Below are positions 53,519 to 64,000 of a DNA stretch of 64,000 nt, piece by piece. The position numbers were made by a program, and so were the translations under genes. Position 1 is the stretch's first letter; each line of letters starts with the position of its first letter. Source of the DNA: Eledone cirrhosa (Eukaryota); assembly GCA_964016885.1 (NCBI GenBank), contig OZ024743.1, forward strand, positions 204,228,001 to 204,292,000, written 5' to 3'. Below the pieces are notes generated by a model. That model did not search any database, was not told the DNA's origin, and saw only the letters and a program-made list of their open reading frames with translations.

Positions 53519-53914
53519 TGTTACCTTTTTACACCAACGTTTGCAAATTTCTGTCTTATATGTTTATACACAAGATATGGCTTTCTATAATAATAGTACT
53601 AAACACTGTTTTTCTGGACCCCTTTAGAAATAACCTGCTACTATAATAGCCCTAATAACTTGTCTGTGACACTGTACCACTTTGACCCCTTTAACTAAAT
53701 TTTGTCCGAACAACACCACTAGAAGAATCTACTTCCCAGCCAACCTTAGCACGCCTCATTAAGCTAACTGCTGCCAAAACATTCTCTCTTCACCATCTCT
53801 ACTAGTCTTATATCCTCCCTCCACCTTACTCACTTCCCTCTTCCCCTTCTCTTCCTACCTCCTTCTTTATCTTTTATCTAGTGTAAAAAATATTTTCATA
53901 TCATTCTAATACAA

Positions 53915-54031
53915 AGGTTTGATGACATGGTGTGTTGGCTTACAGTGTACCTTCGGTTTATGATAATATTTGTGTATTATTCAAATAGCGAGGTATAGGT
54001 AACTCATACGCTATAGAAACAATTGTTACCT
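53915..54031 (+). ncRNA. Hammerhead ribozyme (terminal pLTR) with uncompensated C3U change
   Basis: aggt-TTGATGA...GAAAC-aatt-GTT-acct. Confidence 0.7.
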
Positions 54032-54350
54032 AATAAATTCTATATACCCGCATTTCCATTTCGTAAATTTTTTCTCTCTATATATATATATATATAGATA
54101 TAGATATATATAGATATATATATATCACATAAGAAACGGAGAACCAGTGGTGTGTCGAATTAAAATTTATTAGACATATTACAATCGTTTCTCTGGCGAC
54201 CGGCTCGAGGCACGATCGATGCAATGATCGAACCTGACTCTGAAATGATATTATACTCTGCTCTGTAAGAGGATCGAGTGCATATATATATATATATATG
54301 TATTATAAAGAAAACGAAAAATCAGTGATGCATCTGGACTTAATTTATTA

Positions 54351-54440
54351 CGTGTTACAATTGTTTCTCCGGCAGGTAGCTCGAGACATGGTCCTTGTAT
54401 GGATCGGCTGATTCTACTTCTGCAGGTTCATTCAGACACG
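54351..54440 (-). ncRNA. Hammerhead-like motif with 1-nt core insertion (CUGAAUGA)
   Basis: cgtgt-CTGAATGA...GAAAC-aatt-GTA-acacg-t-AATAAA; related partial at 54155-54240. Confidence 0.55.
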
Positions 54441-54515
54441 AGTATTTCGTTAGGAGCAAATTTTATCACTCATATATATATATCACTCATATATATATCA
54501 CTCATATATATATCA

Positions 54516-54564
<49 letters not shown>

Positions 54565-54565
54565 T

Positions 54566-54670
<105 letters not shown>

Positions 54671-55236
54671 ATATGTATTAAATATATATATGTATTATAT
54701 ATATATATGTATTATATATATGTATATTGAGCACTCTTATTCGATATGTGTTATTCCACATTTTCCCGAATATTTTTTGCGGATATAAAGGTTATCTCCC
54801 TTGCTGAAATCCATGTGCGTATTTTCAGCCTGGGTTTTGTCTTTTCATCCGTTCGGACAAAAGCTCGTTGAAGAAGTAACTCCAGTCCCCCGTTGTCTGT
54901 AAGTCTTATATTTTTATGTGAGCTGATAGAGGACGGTTTAAGGATTTACAGAAACCCAAGAAACTAGATATACCATATCTCTAGCGGGTCCGGGTATGCT
55001 TTTTACATTCATTTCATTTATTGATTTATTGATAATTTATCTGAGTGTCCCGAATCTTCCATATCGCAATTTTTCGGTTATTTGGTTGATTGTAGACATA
55101 TTCTACGTGTGACGGTATTTTAACGATAGTTATAGCTCTGATTTATTTGAATTATGGAGCCCTCTGCCGCTCATCTCGAATTTTGTTTATCGTGAACTCG
55201 TGCGCCGATTTTTCGATACTCGATTATTCTACTATA

Positions 55237-55332
<96 letters not shown>

Positions 55333-55351
55333 TATAAGTGTATATATATAT

Positions 55352-56128
<777 letters not shown>

Positions 56129-56154
56129 TATAAATATATGTATATATATATATG

Positions 56155-56256
<102 letters not shown>

Positions 56257-56321
56257 TATATATATATGTATTATATATATATATATGTATGTATTATATA
56301 TATATGTATTATATATATATG

Positions 56322-57049
56322 TAAACAGAATAATTTTTGAAGCTTGTTTCTTTCCCCTGGTTAGCCTTACTCTGTTGTTCTCCTGTCTCACTCGCTTTAC
56401 GCGTTTTAATTGTCCTAATAACTTATTTTGGTTATTATTGCACCGACGTGAGGTATATGATTTTTAATGCATGAAATATCTATGATCTTCGGCAAATCAC
56501 TGATGAGGGACTCATTTTATTACATGTTATCCATGTGCTACCTGCAGTATTTTTCTCTATATTTTATTACATATATTTACCACTGCGATTCTGTGTTTTT
56601 TTCTCTCTCTCTTACTGTTCCCCCATTCTCTCTGTTTCTCCCCCTCTGTCATGTCAGTTAACTCTTCCTCACACTTTCACTCACTCACTATTTCTCTCTC
56701 TTCTCTTCATTTCATCCTGTACACCACGAAAGCTATTTTTCTCTCTCCGCTCATAGCCTTCGCTCGTGTATTGTCTGTTCTAAAAGCGCTCATATATTCA
56801 CCTAGCTTATGCTAAACAGAATAATTTTTGAAGCTTGTTTCTTTCCCCTGGTTAGCCTTACTCTGTTGTTCTCCTGTCTCACTCGCTTTACGCGTTTTAA
56901 TTGTCCTAATAACTTATTTTGGTTATTATTGCACCGACGTGAGGTATATGATTTTTAATGCATGAAATATCTATGATCTTCGGCAAATCACTGATGAGGG
57001 ACTCATTTTATTACATGTTATCCATGTGCTACCTGCAGTATTTTTCTCT
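56322..57049. repeat. Partial tandem duplication, 492-bp period, ~236-bp identical ends
   Basis: taaacagaataatttttgaagc...gcagtatttttctct occurs twice; flanked by (TA)n. Confidence 0.9.
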
Positions 57050-57068
57050 CTCTCTCTATATATATATA

Positions 57069-58599
57069 TAGGAGGTGAGTTTTATTGTAGTACAATAAAG
57101 CAATGCAGATATCGGATAAGAAGCACTCTACAGTTTGTAGGACTGGAGTATACATAATATATAAGATCAAAAGATGGTCAAATGAGTTCCATGTATTTTA
57201 TTATGCGCATTTCAAAAACAAATATCATCATCCAATAACATTTGTGTTTTCATCAGATAAAATAGGAGGACATGATATGAAGGTTAAAAACACTTGTGGA
57301 TAGTGCAGTTTTAAATCAACATAACCTAAAAATTGAATTTGATAACAGCATCAAACTAGCCAATTTCTTGGATGTATCTCTTAATCTTGACACTGGCCTA
57401 TATTACACTTACCATAAAAAGAATGAGAACCTAAATTATGTTAATTTTAAATCTAACCACCCTACTAATATTAAGAATGCTATAGTTAGTAATATTGGAA
57501 AAAGAATATCTAACCTATCTTCTAATAAAAACATCTTCGATGCTAACGCCAATTACTATAATAACGCGCTTTCTAAAGCCGGCTATCCTGATAAAATCAA
57601 ATATAATAACGAAACAAATTCTAGAAGATCTTACAGTAGAATAATTAATCATGATCATTCCAATAACTTTAATAAAAGACCTAGATACAAAAACATAATC
57701 TGGTATAATGCTCCTTTCTCCATCTCTATTAATAATAATATTCCTAAATTATTCTTTAGTGCCTTAAATAAATGCTTCCCCCCTCACATATCTATAGTAA
57801 AATATTTAACAAACACACTATAAAATTTTCCTATTCGACATCCTCCAACATTTCCAACATTATCTCTAAACACAACAATAAAATACTAAATACTAAATAT
57901 CTTCCTTCCAACACTGAACATCATAATAATAGTAATAGTACTCCCGACGTCATTGTAAACCCTAGGCTACTTTCTGCAAACCCAAATACAACGTCAAACA
58001 CAACTTCGCTAAATGTTCCTAATCCCATTCTAAATCAAGAAACTATTATTCCTATCGCAAATAACTTCGCCAATCCAATTCCTTCTATAGATAACACTAG
58101 GTCACTCGTTAATAATCTCTCTAATCGCAATTGCAATTGCCGTGCTAAAAATAAATGTCCTCTCAACAACCATTGTCTTGATAAAAACTTAATTTACGAA
58201 TGTAAAGTTATAACTGACACCAATTCCTTCACCTATTTTGGCTCCACTTCCACCTCCTTTAAAGCTCGTCTTTATAATCATCATTCGTCTTTTAAATATA
58301 AACTTAACAGAACCAACACGGCTCTCTCAGAACTCATATGGTCCTTGAAAGACAAAAATATAAAATATAACATCTCTTGGAAAAAGGTTTCCTCTGCTTC
58401 TTCACACTTGAACAGTTCTCTATCCAAGACTTGCAATCTCTGTCTAAATGAAAAAGTTACCATTATATCTAATTTAGATTCTATAATAAATAGACGCACT
58501 GACTTGTTTTCTATCTGCTTGCATAAATTCCACAAAACTTTCCATAAAGTATACAGCTAATATCCTAAATTTATCAATTCAGAATCCTCTTCTCAAAGG

Positions 58600-58631
<32 letters not shown>

Positions 58632-59142
58632 CTTCTTTAAAAATATACCCATCTTTCTACCTTATTTCAAAGTTATTTATTATATTCTATATTACTGCTA
58701 TTCATCACTTCCCTTTCTTCCTTTTCCTTTTCTTTTCTTTTTCTTTTAATTTCTAACCCCTAATCTGTACCTTTTCTCACTGTGCCTAACATAGAAACAA
58801 TTATTACACAATACACTATATTCTTACTTTATATCACCTTGAAAAAATCCTTCGTAAACATAAACATTTTTTTTACGTTAGATGATTCATCCTCTATTCT
58901 TTATTTTTTCTCACTTTCATCTAACTTATTCATGCTCATCTCACAATATATCCTTACTTACGTTACTTCTGTTTTTTTAATAATACATATCAACATTTTC
59001 TTTCCATCGCACATATTATTAAACCCTTAAATATTATTCTTAATACATATTAACAATTTCTTTTCATCGCACATATTATTAAACCCTTCAATATACAAAC
59101 CTTAAGTTTACATTATTTTTCTCTTCGTTAATTTTCAAATTC
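57069..59142 (+). mobile_element. Second, more truncated copy of the PLE family at 6549-9992, with inverted 5' pLTR (to ~57316)
   Basis: ORF fragment 57317-58560 is highly similar to 7619-8860, with a frameshift near 57780. Confidence 0.92.
57196..57262 (-). ncRNA. Type I hammerhead ribozyme (intact core) in the inverted pLTR
   Basis: ttttat-CTGATGA-aaacacaaat...atttgttttt-GAAA-TGCGCA-TA-ataaaa. Confidence 0.8.
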
Positions 59143-59905
59143 TAGAGAGCCCTTAAGGATATATATAAACGTTTATATATATCCTTAAGGGCTCTCTAAA
59201 ATTTTAATTCTTCGAAGGGTCTCTCGGAGGAAGCTCCTATTAAAAATATTAAAGGGGCCTTTTCTGAGAGATTTATTGAAGGCTCTTTGAATTAACCTTT
59301 AATTGATTAGTTTCTTTCAACTTAGTAGGGAATATCAAAACCTCGTAAGTTTTCTGAAATTTGTTAACGTGATCTCGGGGGAAGAAAGTTTTTTTCTTTC
59401 GAAAAAAATTTTTTTCTATCGAAGGAATTTCTTAGCAAACTTTATATTTTTAGGGAAACTCTATATTTTTATTTTTTTATTTTTTTATTTTATTTTATTA
59501 GCCTCTTAATTTCTCCTAGTTTATTAGGTTTATTGGAGCCTGTAAGCTTTATGCACTTATTGAGGGATTTTTTAAGGTGCTTCTATGGGATCCCAAGTCT
59601 TCTAATTTAATCTTTACTTTTAATGCGTAAATCATATATTATCTAATTTCTAACCTTCAATCCCTGACCCCGACAACTAATATAAAAGAGCCCCCTTAGA
59701 ATATAGACCCCAACTATACAAGCGAAGCTGCTGATGTATACCACAATTTCAAACTGCTAGTCTTGAGTGATACGTTGATGTAAATAATGATCTTACAATC
59801 AAATGTTATATGCCTTGAAAAGTCCCACCATATGGTCGGACGAAACGGCTGTCGGCAATAAACTTGTTATAATGTCATAATAGTTCCTTTGTTCTTTTTC
59901 ACTAA
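59143..59905 (+). mobile_element. PLE 3' UTR/pLTR copy (family of 32335-33027) starting with a 56-bp perfect palindrome
   Basis: Sequence match; palindrome at 59143-59198. Confidence 0.85.
59811..59857 (+). ncRNA. Hammerhead ribozyme, U3-A8 variant (UUGAAAA)
   Basis: tgcc-TTGAAAA-gtcc...ggac-GAAAC-ggct-GTC-ggca. Confidence 0.8.
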
Positions 59906-59978
59906 TATATATATATATATGTATTATATATATATATATATGTATGTATTATATATATATATATATATAATATATATG

Positions 59979-60067
<89 letters not shown>

Positions 60068-60122
60068 ATGTGTATTATATATATATATTTATATATATAT
60101 ATGTGTATTATATATATATATT

Positions 60123-60153
<31 letters not shown>

Positions 60154-60205
60154 GTATTATATATATATATGTATTATATATATATATATATATTATATAT
60201 ATATG

Positions 60206-60243
<38 letters not shown>

Positions 60244-60676
60244 CATATATATATAATACATATATATATATATAATACATATATATATAATACATATACA
60301 TATAATACATATATATATAATACATATATAATAATACATATATACATAATATAATACACATATAATATACATATAATATAATACATATATATATAATTAA
60401 TATATATAATATATATGTATTATATATATGTATTATATATATATATGTATTATATATATATATGTATTATATGTATATGTATTATATATATATGTATTAT
60501 ATATATATTATATATATATATATGTATTATATATATATGTATTATATATATATGTATTATATGTATATGTATTATATATATATGTATTATATATATATTA
60601 TATATATATATATGTATTATATATATATGTATTATATATATATGTATTATATATATATGTATTATATATATCTATT

Positions 60677-60718
<42 letters not shown>

Positions 60719-60749
60719 TATGTATATATATGTATTATATATATATATG

Positions 60750-60822
<73 letters not shown>

Positions 60823-60898
60823 ATGTATTATATATATATATATGTATTATATATATATGTATTATATATATGTATATATATATATGTATATATATAAG

Positions 60899-60950
<52 letters not shown>

Positions 60951-60952
60951 TG

Positions 60953-60983
<31 letters not shown>

Positions 60984-61089
60984 GTATAATATATATATAT
61001 GCATATATATATATATATATATGTCTTATATATATATGTATTATATATATATATGTATGTATTATATATATATGTATTATATATATATG

Positions 61090-61139
<50 letters not shown>

Positions 61140-61185
61140 GTATATATATATATGTATATACATATATATGCATTATATATATATG

Positions 61186-61229
<44 letters not shown>

Positions 61230-61278
61230 TATATATATATATGTATGTATTATATATATATATATAATATGTATGTAT

Positions 61279-61315
<37 letters not shown>

Positions 61316-61336
61316 ATGTATTATATATATATGTAT

Positions 61337-61369
<33 letters not shown>

Positions 61370-61413
61370 ATATGTATTATATATTATATGTATTATATAT
61401 ATATATATATATG

Positions 61414-61475
<62 letters not shown>

Positions 61476-61530
61476 TATATATATATATATGTATGTATTA
61501 TATATATATATATATATAATATGTATGTAT

Positions 61531-61565
<35 letters not shown>

Positions 61566-61583
61566 ATGTATTATATATATATG

Positions 61584-61626
<43 letters not shown>

Positions 61627-61673
61627 GTATTATATATATATATATATTTATATATATATGTATTATATATATG

Positions 61674-61734
<61 letters not shown>

Positions 61735-61735
61735 G

Positions 61736-61773
<38 letters not shown>

Positions 61774-61913
61774 CATATATATATATAATACATATATATA
61801 TAATACATATACATATAATACATATATATATGATACATATATAATAATACATATATATATAATATAATACACATATAATATACATATAATATAATACATA
61901 TATTTTTTAATAA

Positions 61914-61968
<55 letters not shown>

Positions 61969-62315
61969 TATATATATGTATTATATATATGTATTATATA
62001 TATATATGTATTATATATATATATGTATTATATATATATATGTATTATATGTATATGTATTATATATATATGTATTATATATATATGTATTATATATATA
62101 TTATATATATATATATGTATTATATATATATGTGTTATATATATATGTATTATATATATATGTATTATATATATACGTATTATATATATATGTATTATAT
62201 ATATGTATTACATATATGTATATATATATATATATATATATGTATTATATATATGTATGTATTATATATATATGTATTATATATATATGTATTATATATA
62301 TATATATATATATAC
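59905..62315. repeat. Compound (TA)n / (TATGTATTA) satellite
   Basis: Seen directly. Confidence 0.95.
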
Positions 62316-62469
62316 AGTATTTATGTATCGAGAGAGAGAAAGACAGGGGCCGATAGGTGATACATATAGTTATTTGCCAAGTAGCGTATGCCATAGTTGC
62401 TCGATACTAGTGTCGACAGTATTAAATATTCGAAGTGTTAATATTTAGTGGGTTAGAGAGTTAGCAGAG

Positions 62470-64000
62470 CGTAAGCACGTGGAAAAGTAAGAAATCGGAG
62501 AATAGACCGTTAAAACATGTTTATTTAAAACAGCACCTACGTACGTTTCGCCCAGTTTGGCTTCTCAAGAGCATAAATAAGCAAAAGCGTTCCTTACGTT
62601 GCTCGGAAAGAATTTTTGGGGTTAAATTCACGTCACGGTTCATTGCTCGCAAAAATAGCTTGTTTTGATTTTGCAGCAGGTCAAGGGAGGTAACCCTGGC
62701 CGTTGTTAGGGCAGTCTTTCACGGACAAATTTTTATCTGTTACATGATGAGGTTACAACTTACAATTCTCGATACGCACAGGGTCATGTAACCAACGCTT
62801 ATTTTGAGACGTTTGTTTTTCCGCACCTGTTTGTCTGGGTCGTTAGAGGCTGGGTCTGGTATGCATGGTTAGTTTCCTGGGTGTTATTTTGCAGCGCCTG
62901 CCGCCGGGGTGTTAAAACTTGTTGCAACGAGATCCAGTGCACGGTTTCACTCCTCATCCTTAACCCATCTGAAGAAGGATATTTTTAAGCGATGTGTAAC
63001 TTATCGCTGTTTCAGCTCTGCTGTTGATTAGCTCGTAGGGTGCAGTTATGATGTGGTAGAGCTCCATGAGGCAAAGATCGCACTTCCTCTTGAAGTTGTA
63101 CAGTGCAGCCCTGCCGACAATATCCCAGTGCGTGGAGAAGCTGATGTTTAATTCCTTTAGTGATGTGATTTAGTCCGCGAGCAAAGTGGAGTGTCTTAGT
63201 TTTTTATTTGTGAAAGAGTGGAGATGTGTTCGAAACCTAATTTTAAACGGGCCGGAGGTAGCCCTATATAATGTTTAACGCTATTGTGGCTAGTTACAGT
63301 GCATCTATATATAACCTTATCAGTCAAGCAATATCCTCTAAGGGGGCAGCGTCCTCTGTCGCGGCAGTTGCAATTTCTGTCGCGGTTCCATCTATTTCCC
63401 ACGGTAAGCCTATCATTGCTGCTGCCTATGTTATTACCTACGCTCCCGCAGCTGTCGTTAGCACCATTACAACCCACAGTACGCGGGGTGGTGTGATTGT
63501 TATTCCGCACGTCACGTCCTGCATGTTCCCCAGTCATTTCGCGGTTATGTTGGTTGCAACTGCGGAGGGCGTTGCCAGCACTATTGGATGCTGCTAGGGA
63601 GTTGTTAAGGCCGATATAGTTATTGTCAGGTGTAGGTGCGTCTGTGTCGAGGTGCTGTGTCTTGGTGATCATACTGTGGTTCGTTGTTCCTATGATGTCT
63701 GCTAGGTTAGGAGTAGTAGAGAAGGATATTTTTATATTGTTCCTATTAAGAATTTTTCTATACCTATGGTTGGGCGGGAAGTTCTTCTCTAAGGAAGAAT
63801 ATCCGGGGTATGTTGGAGGCCACACTCCGAGAGTAGGGGGGGAACCATAGGACGTTAAGGTGGCGATTACGTGTCCTTGTACGTTTGCTATGGGTAGTTC
63901 CATCTAGGTGACCGCTCTTATGTATGTTAATGCGCTGTAGCCCGTTAGGTGCCCCTTTCACTTTATGCTCGGGTGCACTCTTCTTCCATCTTCCATGTTT
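62470..64000 (-). mobile_element. Penelope-like element (Naiad-type), degraded 3' part; runs off the window
   Basis: VLWFPP, FPPNHRYRKILNRN, CNCRDRGRCPL, VIYRC..HYIG, CDLC; coding to ~62955; pLTR with HHR. Confidence 0.88.
62533..62572 (-). ncRNA. Compact hammerhead ribozyme, U3-A8 variant (UUGAGAA)
   Basis: gctc-TTGAGAA-gcc-aaactg-ggc-GAAAC-gtac-GTA-ggtgc...AATAAA. Confidence 0.75.

Larger units (their letters stand above)
43988..54076 (+). mobile_element. Head-to-tail array of ~3.3 copies of a Naiad-type Penelope-like element (unit 3003/3017 bp)
   Basis: Partial 3' copy plus three near-identical full units; ends in (TA)n. Confidence 0.97.

Overview
Eukaryotic, AT-rich, repeat-dominated DNA. 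The long (TA)n/(TATG)n tracts and the TE content suggest an octopus/cephalopod (inference). Penelope-like retroelements (PLEs; RT + C-terminal GIY-YIG) dominate. A head-to-tail array of about 3.3 copies of a Naiad-type PLE lies at 44.0-54.1 kb, and two copies have uninterrupted ~760-aa ORFs. Several truncated Naiad- and Neptune-type PLEs and many short pseudo-LTR (pLTR) fragments sit in (TA)n tracts. Reading both strands by eye gives roughly 25 type I hammerhead-ribozyme (HHR) motifs from more than a dozen unrelated sequence families. Many have a compensatory U3-A8 core (UUGANAA), very long stem II insertions, palindromic stem III and an AATAAA just after the cleavage site. Several near-perfect fold-back palindromes mark PLE 5' junctions. 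Also present: a near-complete RTE LINE, a CR1/L2 fragment, hAT, Chapaev-like and Helitron remnants, MITEs and a tRNA-derived SINE. Four phase-compatible minus-strand exons (15335 to 1953) of a host cysteine-rich protein are hidden among the repeats, and this module appears tandemly duplicated just left of the window. Ribozyme folds, splice sites and clade names were all judged by eye and need computational or experimental confirmation.
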